Of a DNA stretch of 64,000 bases, positions 38,722 to 46,833 are shown piece after piece. Both the position numbers and the translations under genes were made by a program. The notes under the pieces are model-generated. The model worked only from the letters and a program-made list of their open reading frames with translations. It searched no databases and had not been told where the DNA came from. The stretch covers positions 37,001-101,000 of the forward strand of contig DATBHW010000047.1 in NCBI GenBank assembly GCA_036557285.1. The letters are read 5' to 3'. The stretch is from Ktedonobacterales bacterium (GTDB lineage Bacteria; Chloroflexota; Ktedonobacteria; Ktedonobacterales; DATBGS01). Position 1 is the stretch's first letter. Each line of letters begins with the position of its first letter.

Positions 38722-38935
38722 TGCATAGCTCTGCATGGCTCCTTTCATCACTTGCCATGCCCACGCGCCAGCGAGTACAATAGCCTTACCGGCGCGTGGG
38801 TTCTTAACGGGGTTCACGGGTTGGTGTTTCTGAGTCCGCCGTCCTAGTGAGCATCTAGGCGGCGGGCCGTTCTATTTCTGTACTCCTTTCTTTTGTCTCC
38901 TTGATAGCCGCGAGAAGTTCATCTTGCTATAGTGC
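38722..38935 (-). pseudogene. Decayed third copy of the XRE-wHTH module
   Basis: Keeps the wHTH start region and RBS, the full inverted repeat (38760-38769 / 38791-38800) with TTGCCA-18-TACAAT, and only the last ~20 codons of an XRE gene (...ELLAAIKETKERSTEIERPAA*). Both coding bodies are replaced by repeat DNA. Confidence 0.65.
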
Positions 38936-38944
38936 GCAAGCCCT

Positions 38945-39065
38945 CTATGCCTTTTGGTTTAGAGCGCCTCACACAACCTCCGCACGAGCAGGGGCGGGGT
39001 TGTAGCGCCGTCCTTCCAGGCGGCAGGGGTGGGGCCAACCGTCGGTTGTGTGAGGCATTCTTAGG
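38945..39065. repeat. Family-B ~110-bp palindromic element (copy 1 of 3)
   Basis: TAGAGCGCCTCACACAACCTCCGCACGAGCAGGGGCGGGGTTGTAGCGCCGTCCTTCCAGGCGGCAGGGGTGGGGCCAACCGTCGGTTGTGTGAGGCATTCTTAG. Near-identical copies at 55340-55450 and, inverted, at 61735-61850. Confidence 0.85.
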
Positions 39066-39145
39066 AGAGAACCTTTTTGTCTTCATTCTGAGCCAGCGCG
39101 GCTAAGCCTGCCTGTAATAGCGCATCCTGTTGAATGCCCACGGTT

Positions 39146-41152
39146 TCAACTGGTACCGTCGCCCCCGCCAGGCTCCGCGCCCTCCGCGACTTTTCCCCGC
39201 AGGCTCACGACCACCACCAGCAGACCGCAGATCAGTTCCAGCGCCAGCAGGGGCGCCCACGCGCGCGGCAGCAAGCCCACGCCGCCGCTGGCGCGATACG
39301 CCACGATAAAGGCCGCCGGTCCCAGCAGCCCCAGCGCCAGACCATAGATCGCCTGAAGCGCGCGGAAGAACTTTTGCAGCGCCGGACCCGCGAGCAGCGC
39401 GAAATAGCTCAGGCCAATAATCGCCAGCGGCAGCAGCGGCTCGGCCAGCGTATTGCCCAGCCATTGCAGCGCGACGGCGCTGGCGCTGCTGAGCGCCGCC
39501 AGATTGATGTCTTCCAGCACCCGCGCCACCCCCAGCCCCAGCAGCCCCAGGGCAACCACCAGTTCGGCGCTGTGCGGGCGGGCGCGCGGCCCGGCCCCCA
39601 CATGCTGATGAGCCGCCGCGCGTACACCGGGGCGTCCGCTGCCCTCCAGCCCCAGCGCCACCCCCCCCACGATCAGCAGCAGGCCAGCCAGCGCCTCCAG
39701 AAAGAAAAACGGCGCGCTCGGCGCAGCCCGAAAAGCATGGGGCCAATCGCGCAGGAAAGCGATCTCCCCATAGGCCACATTGAGCGCGCCCGCCAACCCC
39801 AGCAAGAACGCGCCGCCCACAAAAAGACGCCCGCGTTTCGGCCAGCGTATGCCCGCCAGCAGCAGGCCCAGCCCCAGCGTCAGCACGCAGAGCGCCGCCA
39901 GATCGAGTACCCCGCTGATCGCAAGGGGCTGGCGTCTGAACAAGGTGATGCCCACCTGCGCCACGATCAGCGCGGGCGTCAGTGGCAAAGCGGCCCAGGC
40001 CGCGACATCCACGCGCCGCGCCCCTGGCTCTGGTCCCTGGGCAGGCGCGGACGTATTCAGCAGCACCGCGCCCCCCGAACGGGGCAGCGGCAGCAGCCCG
40101 CGCTGCGCCCGCAAGAGCGACGCAGCCCACAGGCCCAGCAGCACCCGATGCAGCGAGATGGCTGGCTGCGCCGGTTTGGGAGTTCGCCTGCGCGGCGCTG
40201 TCTCCCCCGCGCTCAGGGGGAGAGAAGCGGCGTCCGGCCTGTCGGCTGCCGTCTCGAACCAGCCAGTTTCTAGCCGAAAGCAAGCCGAACCCTGGCGGCG
40301 CGTAAAAGGGGCCAGGCTGAACAGCCAGCTATAGCCCCTGTCGGGAAGGCGCGCGTAGCACGTAACGCGCAGCCGCAAGCGCGGCCCCGCCGCCCGCGCG
40401 CGCGCCTGGAACGGCGAACGAACCAACGGCCTGGCTTCAGACGATTGGGACAGCCCGCGACCATGCACGAACATCCGGCGCAAGCGCGCCCACCGTCGCC
40501 AGGCCACTGTGCGCAGACGCGCGCGTCTGCCGGTGCGCGGGCCGACAGTCACATCCGTAACCGCCGCGATATGCCCCCAGGGCAGCAAGAACCAGCGGCC
40601 CATCTGCCCCGGCAGAAAAAAGAGCAGCCCCTGGCGTCCAATTGCCAGGTGCAGATGGTTCTGGCGGCGCAGCCAGGTCGCCCGCCACAGCAGCGCGGGC
40701 AGCGCGATCAGCCCAAGCGCCAGCGCCAGCAGCGGCCCGCCAATGCCAAGCGCCAGCGCCACGCCCGCCCAGGCAGGCCGCTGCGGGACAGCTTGATGGC
40801 TCACAGCAGGCAATGGACGCGCGATGATAGCCGGAGGCGAAGTCAGCGACTGATGTACCGTCGGGATCAAGAGCAGAAAGCCCAGCGCCACACCCACCGC
40901 CAGCGCCCACAACACAACCCGCGCGCGCCGCCAGTTGAGGTCTTGCAGGACGGCCAGACGCTCCTGATCGATCCGAAAAATCGAAGCCGATCCGCTTCCC
41001 GCTTGCGCCGACTGGCGCGCCTCCGGCTCAGGCGCGGCTTCCGCCGCTGGCAGCGTCTGGGACACTGCGGGCGGCGCGAGGGACGGCATCGGCCCCGTAC
41101 TCACCACCGACACATCCTGTCCCTGCGCCTGTGCGTCTGAGGATCGCTCCAT
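39146..41152 (-). CDS. Hypothetical large polytopic membrane protein
   Basis: Longest of three overlapping GC-rich ORFs. It has many L/A/G-rich hydrophobic helices and a plausible GGGAGG RBS before the internal ATG (MERSSDAQ); the track ORF extends to 41215. No family recognised. Confidence 0.55.
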   Translation of the reverse strand: MERSSDAQAQGQDVSVVSTGPMPSLAPPAVSQTLPAAEAAPEPEARQSAQAGSGSASIFRIDQERLAVLQDLNWRRARVVLWALAVGVALGFLLLIPTVHQSLTSPPAIIARPLPAVSHQAVPQRPAWAGVALALGIGGPLLALALGLIALPALLWRATWLRRQNHLHLAIGRQGLLFFLPGQMGRWFLLPWGHIAAVTDVTVGPRTGRRARLRTVAWRRWARLRRMFVHGRGLSQSSEARPLVRSPFQARARAAGPRLRLRVTCYARLPDRGYSWLFSLAPFTRRQGSACFRLETGWFETAADRPDAASLPLSAGETAPRRRTPKPAQPAISLHRVLLGLWAASLLRAQRGLLPLPRSGGAVLLNTSAPAQGPEPGARRVDVAAWAALPLTPALIVAQVGITLFRRQPLAISGVLDLAALCVLTLGLGLLLAGIRWPKRGRLFVGGAFLLGLAGALNVAYGEIAFLRDWPHAFRAAPSAPFFFLEALAGLLLIVGGVALGLEGSGRPGVRAAAHQHVGAGPRARPHSAELVVALGLLGLGVARVLEDINLAALSSASAVALQWLGNTLAEPLLPLAIIGLSYFALLAGPALQKFFRALQAIYGLALGLLGPAAFIVAYRASGGVGLLPRAWAPLLALELICGLLVVVVSLRGKVAEGAEPGGGDGTS

Positions 41153-41239
41153 AAAGCCTCCCTGGTGGGAACCGGCAAAGTCCATACGCGCCTCCCAGCG
41201 AACACCTGCGTTCAATCAGCTATCTCACCGATTCTAGCA

Positions 41240-41325
41240 CAGATGAAATCCACTTGTAGCGCCGCCTTCCAGGCGGCTGATCGTTCGCCGCCAGGGACGG
41301 CGGCGCTACACGCAACAGACGCTGC
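41240..41325. repeat. Family-A hairpin repeat (short copy)
   Basis: CCACTTGTAGCGCCGCCTTCCAGGCGGC...GCCGCCAGGGACGGCGGCGCTACACGC. Followed through about 41480 by the GGGGAGTCCGTGCAGACA / CGAGCGACCAACGGGA submotifs. Confidence 0.8.
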
Positions 41326-41490
41326 GCCTGCGAAGGGTGGGGAGTCCGTGCAGACACGGGTGCGCGAGCGACCAACGGGAACGAGCATGCCGAGGCATAG
41401 CAGCGGCCCGCCGCTCCCCACAGGGGAAGGCAAGCGCCCGTCGCCGGAGGCGGACTTGGCGGCGCAGCCTCCAGGCACAGCTTTCAACCG

Positions 41491-43092
41491 TCATACCCCC
41501 GCCTCTTCTGGTGGTTCGGTATGAATCAAGACCGCGCCAAGGGGCGGCAGTTCTGCCCGCAGCGCCCGCTCAATCTCTTCCGCCTGCACATGCACCTGCT
41601 GAATGGGCGCGGCCCCCGAAAAAGTGCAGTGCAGCACCAGATCATAGAGCGGCGCTTCCGGCGTCGGCGGCTGCTCCTCCGCGTGATTCATCACCCGATA
41701 GACATGGACCTCGTGGCAGCTTCCCCGTCCGGCCACCTCATCGGCAATCCGGCGCACCCGCGACACCAGGGCTGGCTGCTCCGCCGAAACATCGCGCCGA
41801 TGCTCCACACTCACATCTGGCGCTTCCAGGTGCGTCGTCACGCGGCGCACCGCCGGATACGCCCGATAGATCGCGCGCTCCAGACGAGTTGCCGCATCAT
41901 GCGCCGCCCGCAGGTCCAGATCGGGGTCCACCTCCAGATGCAAATCCGCTTCCAGCGCGTCAGTCCCACGCTCTTCTTCCAGAACGCGCACGCGCACATC
42001 ATGCGCCCGCAAGTCCAACTCCAGCGCCAGATAGTGAATACCCTGGGCCGTCGTTTCCGCCGCCGTTTCCGCCGGTTCCACATGCACCACCACATCCACA
42101 TCCGCCTGGGGCGCATCGGCGCACACAGCCTCGCGCGCCGCGCGCTCCACCGCCTCCGTTACCGCGTGGGCATGCTCGAACGTCGCTGTGCGCGGCGCGC
42201 CCACGACCAGATCGGCAAAAAGCTTGTTGCCTGCCCGGCGCGTTCGCACCCGCCGCACATCCACCACGCCTTCTACGCCCTGCGCGGCGTGTTCCAGCGC
42301 CGAAGGGAGCGTATCTGGCGCTCGGTCCAGCAGGGCATCCAGCGTCTGGCGCACCAGCCGAAAGCTGACCCAGATCACAATCAGCGAAACGCCCAGCGCC
42401 GCCACCGCGTCGGCCTGTCCCAGCCAGGGCACAGCAACCGCCTGACCGATGCGCACCGCCACCAGCCCTAGAATCACCACCACCGAACTCCAGATGTCGG
42501 TGCGAAAATGCAGCGCGTCAGCCTCCAGCGCCTGGCTTCCCTGCTCCTTTGCCACGCGCATCAGCGCCCGCGAGCGCGTAGCGTCCACCGCAATGGAAAC
42601 GGCCATCACCAGAAACGTCCAGATACTGGGGTCCACCTGACCTTCATGCAAGAGCAAACGCCGCAGCGCCTCATAGATGATCCAGCCCGCCGTCAGCAGC
42701 AGCAGCCCGGCCTCCAGAAACGCCGAAAGGTTCTCGAACTTGCCATGCCCATAGTTATGCGTCTCATCTGGCGGGCGATCCGCCACGCGCACCGCCACCA
42801 GCGTCATCAGCGCGGCCACCAGATCAAGCCCCGAATGCGCCGCCTCGGCCAGAACGCCCAGGCTGCCGCTGAGCAGGCCCACAATCAGCTTCAGGCTGGT
42901 CAGCCCGACAGCCGCCAGCACCGACGAAAAGGCCACCAGCCGCTTCTCTTGCGCCCCCGTTCGACCAGTTCGGCCTGCTGCTCTGGCGCTGGCGGAGCTT
43001 GCGGCCCCTGGCGTCCAGTTCCGACGCCGTTTTGAGTTTTCAGAAGGGTCAGTCGCTGGCGTCCTCTGCCTCGCTGGCGGGGCAGATGGCAT
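41491..43092 (-). CDS. Cation diffusion facilitator (CDF) family transporter with extended C-terminus
   Basis: 533 aa. SLKLIVGLLSGSLGVLAEAAHSGLDL, HNYGHGKFE, and ADALHFRTD motifs. AAGGAGG RBS. About 200 aa lie beyond a normal CDF length. Confidence 0.85.
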   Translation of the reverse strand: MPSAPPARQRTPATDPSENSKRRRNWTPGAASSASARAAGRTGRTGAQEKRLVAFSSVLAAVGLTSLKLIVGLLSGSLGVLAEAAHSGLDLVAALMTLVAVRVADRPPDETHNYGHGKFENLSAFLEAGLLLLTAGWIIYEALRRLLLHEGQVDPSIWTFLVMAVSIAVDATRSRALMRVAKEQGSQALEADALHFRTDIWSSVVVILGLVAVRIGQAVAVPWLGQADAVAALGVSLIVIWVSFRLVRQTLDALLDRAPDTLPSALEHAAQGVEGVVDVRRVRTRRAGNKLFADLVVGAPRTATFEHAHAVTEAVERAAREAVCADAPQADVDVVVHVEPAETAAETTAQGIHYLALELDLRAHDVRVRVLEEERGTDALEADLHLEVDPDLDLRAAHDAATRLERAIYRAYPAVRRVTTHLEAPDVSVEHRRDVSAEQPALVSRVRRIADEVAGRGSCHEVHVYRVMNHAEEQPPTPEAPLYDLVLHCTFSGAAPIQQVHVQAEEIERALRAELPPLGAVLIHTEPPEEAGV

Positions 43093-43189
43093 AACAACCT
43101 GCCTCCTTTACCCATAGCTCATAGCTTATCCGACACCTATTCCATCATCCATTGTAAGCCATCAGGAAAAGAAGCGCAAAGCGCGGCAC

Positions 43190-43555
43190 GTGGATGAGGT
43201 TCTACCACCTGGCGGGGCGCCACCCGTACCGCCGCCATCCTGGCGGCTCACCGCTGGCCCGCCGCTCCGCTGGATTGGAGGGCGCACGCCACTGGTACCG
43301 CCGCCATCCTGGCGGCTCACCGCTGGCCCGCCACTACGCTGACCTGGAGGGCGCACGCCACTGGTAGCGCCGCCTTCCAGGCGGCTCACCGCTGGCCCGC
43401 CACTCCGCTGACCTGGAGGGCGCACGCCACTGGTAGCGCCGCCATCCTGGCGGCTCAACGTTGGCCCGCCACTACGCTGACCTGGAGGGCCACCGCTCGC
43501 CCTGGCGCAGCGTTGGCCGCCGGGGACGGCGGCGCTACACGCGGCTGACGCCCGC
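43190..43555. repeat. Family-A cluster with four tandem 69-bp modules
   Basis: CCACTGGTA(C/G)CGCCGCC starts at 43289, 43358 and 43427, each 69 bp apart, preceded by a more diverged unit. Closes with GCCGCCGGGGACGGCGGCGCTACACGC. Confidence 0.9.
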
Positions 43556-43599
43556 TTCCCCCAAAAAGTCCTATTGCCGCAAAAATACGCGCCCGATGC

Positions 43600-43628
43600 T
43601 TGACATAGGCGCATCAAGCAGGTATACT
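43600..43628 (+). promoter_or_regulatory. Near-consensus sigma-70 promoter (TTGACA-17 nt-TATACT)
   Basis: TTGACA at 43600-43605 and TATACT at 43623-43628. The first RBS-supported start codon downstream is at 43910. Confidence 0.6.
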
Positions 43629-43909
43629 TCCTGCATCTTCACTTGCAGGAGGTTCCCCCGCACTACAGATCAGCAACCCGTGATCATCAACTGAAGTATG
43701 GCTAGTACGGCCAGTGTTAGACCGCTGACCGTACCAATAACCCCAGTCCTGGAGGGTATTCAGGAATGAGGCTAGAGGGTATTGTACCATCGCCACCCTC
43801 CAGCGGCTCCTCCTGGACCCTGCTCGCCAGCCACGCTGGCGCCAGTCCACTGGGGGAGCCGCTTTGCTGCGTCGCTCGCAGGCGGCGCAGCAGAAGGAGG
43901 GTAGCTTCG

Positions 43910-44350
43910 ATGGCCTTACCGTTTCGTCGTCACCTGCGTCCCTGCCCCTGGAACCCTGCTGCTTTCGCTGGTCCCAGCCCTTCCCTCACCCTGCGCGAAT
44001 GGCAGGTCGGTGTCCTGCTCTCGCGGCTCTCCCCCGTCGTGCGCGCGGCGCTCTGTGCCTGGCTGCTCGCTCCCACCGACCTGAACCGCTGGCCGCCACC
44101 AGAGCATTTTCACCACCAGCGCCTGCCTTTGCGTCCCGAAGAGCAGCGCGGTCAGCCGCGCTCCACCGCCTGCTACCTGCTCTACCAGGAACTGAAAGTG
44201 ATTCGCCAGACGCTGGATATGCCGCCGCAGGTCTTGAGCGTCATGACGCACAACGAGCTGCTGGCGGTGCATGCCATCCGGCTCCAGCAGTTGGAGCGGT
44301 GGCTCTGGCCGCCCGACGCCGCCCGACAGATCCACCGCCTGATCGCCTGA
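43910..44350 (+). CDS. Hypothetical protein (146 aa)
   Basis: AAGGAGGG RBS 9 nt before the ATG (MALPFRRH). The C-terminal half is protein-like (YLLYQELKVIRQTLDMPPQVLSVMTHNELLAVHAIRLQQLERWLW). No family recognised. The track ORF begins at 43766. Confidence 0.5.
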   Translation: MALPFRRHLRPCPWNPAAFAGPSPSLTLREWQVGVLLSRLSPVVRAALCAWLLAPTDLNRWPPPEHFHHQRLPLRPEEQRGQPRSTACYLLYQELKVIRQTLDMPPQVLSVMTHNELLAVHAIRLQQLERWLWPPDAARQIHRLIA

Positions 44351-44351
44351 C

Positions 44352-44772
44352 GCCTGCCCTCCAGCGCCGCCTTCCAGGCAGCCACTGGTAGCGCCGCCTT
44401 CCAGGCGGCCACCGCTGCGCCAGGGCGAGCGGTCGCCCACCAGGCCACCGTACCAACAGGCCAACGTTGAGCCGCCAGGATGGCGGCGCTACAAGTGGCG
44501 TGCGCCCTCCAGACCACCTTACCGGCGGCCCACCCGTACCGCCGCCGTCTCGGCGGCTCAACGTTGGCCCGCCACTCCGATGGATCGGAGGGCGACCGCT
44601 CGCCCTGGCGCAGCGGTGGCCGCCTGGAAGGCGGCGCTACAAGTGACGTGTGCCCTTCAGGTCAGCGTACCGGCAGGCCAGCGTTGCGCCGCCCAGGCGC
44701 GCCAGGGGTGGGGAGCCTGTGCAGACAGGCTTGGCGGCGCAGCCTCCAGGCGCGGTTTTAACCGCCAGCCCC
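44352..44772. repeat. Family-A repeat cluster (multiple modules in both orientations)
   Basis: Begins 2 bp after the 43910..44350 stop and ends at the stop of 44773..45348. Contains the GGGGAGCCTGTGCAGACAGG...GGCGCGGTTTTAACCGCC terminal submotif. Confidence 0.9.
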
Positions 44773-45348
44773 CTAGCGCGGCACAAACGTCAGCAAATAA
44801 TGCCACTCGTGCAGCGAGCGTTGCTCATCCAGCGCCAGCCCCGCAGCGGCAGCGTCGGCAATAATCTCTTCCGCCGTAATGCGCACATCAACAGGCGGCC
44901 CCACCGGCGTCTCTCTCTTCTCCCATTCCAGCACCGCAACGCGCCCATCCTCGCGCAGCAGACGTTTGGCCGCCAGCAAAAACGACGAACGCTGATCAAC
45001 TTCGTGCAGCACAAACGCCACCAGCGCCAGGTCCACCGAGCGCGGCGGAATCGAAGGCTCCAGTTCGCTGGAGCGCCGCACCGCCACATTCGTAATCCCC
45101 TGCTGCGCCAGGCGCGCCCGCAGATCATCCACCATCTCCTGCTGCACATCCACCGCGTACACCTTGCCCGTAGGGCCAACCAGTTCCGACGCTGGCAGCG
45201 TAAAAAACCCTGGCCCACAGCCCAGATCAGCCACCATTTTGCCCTCGCCAACCCTCAGCGAGCGCAGAAACTCATAGCGGTCAATCCGCTCCAGGCGATC
45301 TTCCGCCAATAACAAATGCTTCATAGCCGGGTCAAACTTGCGGCCCAT
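44773..45348 (-). CDS. Class I SAM-dependent methyltransferase
   Basis: Motif I VADLGCGPGFFT. Start at the internal ATG (MGRKFDP) with a GAAGGAG RBS. The track ORF extends to 45639. Confidence 0.85.
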   Translation of the reverse strand: MGRKFDPAMKHLLLAEDRLERIDRYEFLRSLRVGEGKMVADLGCGPGFFTLPASELVGPTGKVYAVDVQQEMVDDLRARLAQQGITNVAVRRSSELEPSIPPRSVDLALVAFVLHEVDQRSSFLLAAKRLLREDGRVAVLEWEKRETPVGPPVDVRITAEEIIADAAAAGLALDEQRSLHEWHYLLTFVPR

Positions 45349-45508
45349 ACACACTCCTTCTACAACCAGCGGGCGCGCGCCAAATTGACACGCTGCTCCT
45401 GGCTCACGCCCCACGAAGATGCAGCAATGAATCACTGCCGCATCCCTCCCAAAAGATACCTTCCATAATGGTATCACAGGAGTGGCACTGTTTGCCGAGA
45501 TCATATCC

Positions 45509-45537
45509 TTGACAAAAGCAAATAAATGGTTCACAAT
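45509..45537 (+). promoter_or_regulatory. Candidate promoter of the MarR-GNAT gene (TTGACA-17 nt-CACAAT)
   Basis: TTGACA at 45509-45514 and CACAAT at 45532-45537. AGCAAATAAA direct repeats flank the -10. Inverted repeat GATACC-N9-GGTATC at 45455-45475. Confidence 0.5.
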
Positions 45538-45577
45538 AGCAAATAAAAAGCAGCCCTTCCCGAATGGGAGAACACGC

Positions 45578-46507
45578 ATGCTCACTGAAACCATCGAAGC
45601 CAGAATTAGCGCCGTCCGACACTTCAACCGCTCCTTCACCCGGCAAATCGGCGTGCTGCGCGAAGGACTCTTGCACAGCCCCTATCCATTGACCGAAGCC
45701 CGCATCATCTTCGAGCTTGCCCAGCGCCAGGGACTCACCGCCTCTGACCTGGGCCGCGAACTGGGGCTGGACGCGGGCTACCTCAGCCGTCTCCTCTCCC
45801 GGCTCGAACAACAGGGGCTGCTGGAAAAAGTTCGCTCGGAAACCGACGGACGCCAGCGCCTGCTCAGCCTCACCACCCAGGGCCAGCAAGCCTTCGCCCT
45901 CCTTGACCAGCGTTCGCGCGACGAAATCGCCGAAATGCTCAACGACCTCAGCGAAGAGGACCAGCAGCAGTTGCTCAAAGCTATGGACACCATCGAGCGC
46001 GTCTTCAGCAAGAGCTTCAAATATGCCCAGCCGTTCATCCTGCGCTCCCACGAGCCAGGCGACATGGGCTGGGTCACGCACCGACACGGCGTCCTCTATG
46101 CCCAGGAATACGGCTGGGACGAGCATTTTGAGGCGCTGGTCGCTCAGATCGTCTCCGACTTCATCACCCACTACAACCCCGAACGCGAACGCTGCTGGAT
46201 CGCCGAAATGAACGGCGAAATCGTCGGCTCCGTCTTTTGCGTGCAGGCCAGCGACACCGTTGCCAAACTGCGGCTGCTGCTCGTCGAACCCAGGGCGCGC
46301 GGCCTGGGGCTGGGCAATCGCCTCGTCGAAGAGTGCCTCCGCTTTGCGCGGCGGCGTGGCTACCAGAAAATGGTTCTCTGGACCAACAGCGTCCTGGTCG
46401 CTGCCCGCCACATCTACGAGCAAAAGGGATTCACCCTCGTCGCCCAGGAAGCCCACCACAGCTACGGCCACGACCTCATCGGCGAAACCTGGGAACTGAC
46501 CTTGTAG
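45578..46507 (+). CDS. MarR-type wHTH fused to a GNAT N-acetyltransferase
   Basis: N-terminus LTEARIIFELAQRQGLTASDLGRELGLDAGYLSRLLSRLEQQGLL (MarR). C-terminus LLLVEPRARGLGLGNRLVEE (GNAT motif A). Confidence 0.85.
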   Translation: MLTETIEARISAVRHFNRSFTRQIGVLREGLLHSPYPLTEARIIFELAQRQGLTASDLGRELGLDAGYLSRLLSRLEQQGLLEKVRSETDGRQRLLSLTTQGQQAFALLDQRSRDEIAEMLNDLSEEDQQQLLKAMDTIERVFSKSFKYAQPFILRSHEPGDMGWVTHRHGVLYAQEYGWDEHFEALVAQIVSDFITHYNPERERCWIAEMNGEIVGSVFCVQASDTVAKLRLLLVEPRARGLGLGNRLVEECLRFARRRGYQKMVLWTNSVLVAARHIYEQKGFTLVAQEAHHSYGHDLIGETWELTL

Positions 46508-46524
46508 TGTCGCTGAGTCGGCAG

Positions 46525-46705
46525 CCCAACTTGCAGCGCCGCCTTCCAGGCGGCTGGGGGCTGTGGGGACGTGGTACTGGTAGCGCCGCCGTCCCGGCGG
46601 CTGGGGGCTGGCCTGCTGGGACAGTGGCCTGGAGAGCGCACGCTCGCCCTGGCGCAGCGGTGAGCCGCCTGGAAGGCGGCGCTACAAGTGGCCTCCCCCC
46701 GATAG
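46525..46705. repeat. Family-A repeat cluster
   Basis: CTTGCAGCGCCGCCTTCCAGGCGGC, CTGGTAGCGCCGCCGTCCCGGCGGC ... GCCGCCTGGAAGGCGGCGCTACAAGTGG. Confidence 0.85.
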
Positions 46706-46833
46706 TCAGGTGGACCCAACCGTCAGCTTCTCTGGCATAAAAATTGGTAATATGATAAAGAAGAGCGAGGGTTTGCCCGCATCTCATCCATTTGGAGGCG
46801 AAAGACGGAAAGACAGTAATGGAACGGACTACT

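Noticed and set aside
39102-40283. Two alternative long ORFs (39102..40283 minus, 39134..40273 plus) overlapping 39146..41215
   Set aside because: Their translations are R/A/G/Q-rich with no hydrophobic periodicity. The 689-aa frame gives coherent TM helices and has an RBS. Even so, the chosen frame is only moderately confident.
43190-43555. Regularly spaced direct repeats that could be taken for a CRISPR array (also at 6700-6920 and 29030-29170)
   Set aside because: The 69-bp units are contiguous and homologous along their whole length, so there are no unique spacers. No cas genes are nearby. They are modules of the family-A element.
43698-43769. 23-aa ORF (MASTASVRPLTVPITPVLEGIQE) in the leader as a possible RiPP precursor or leader peptide
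   Set aside because: It has no RBS and no modification-enzyme genes nearby. It cannot be distinguished from chance in a 280-nt leader.
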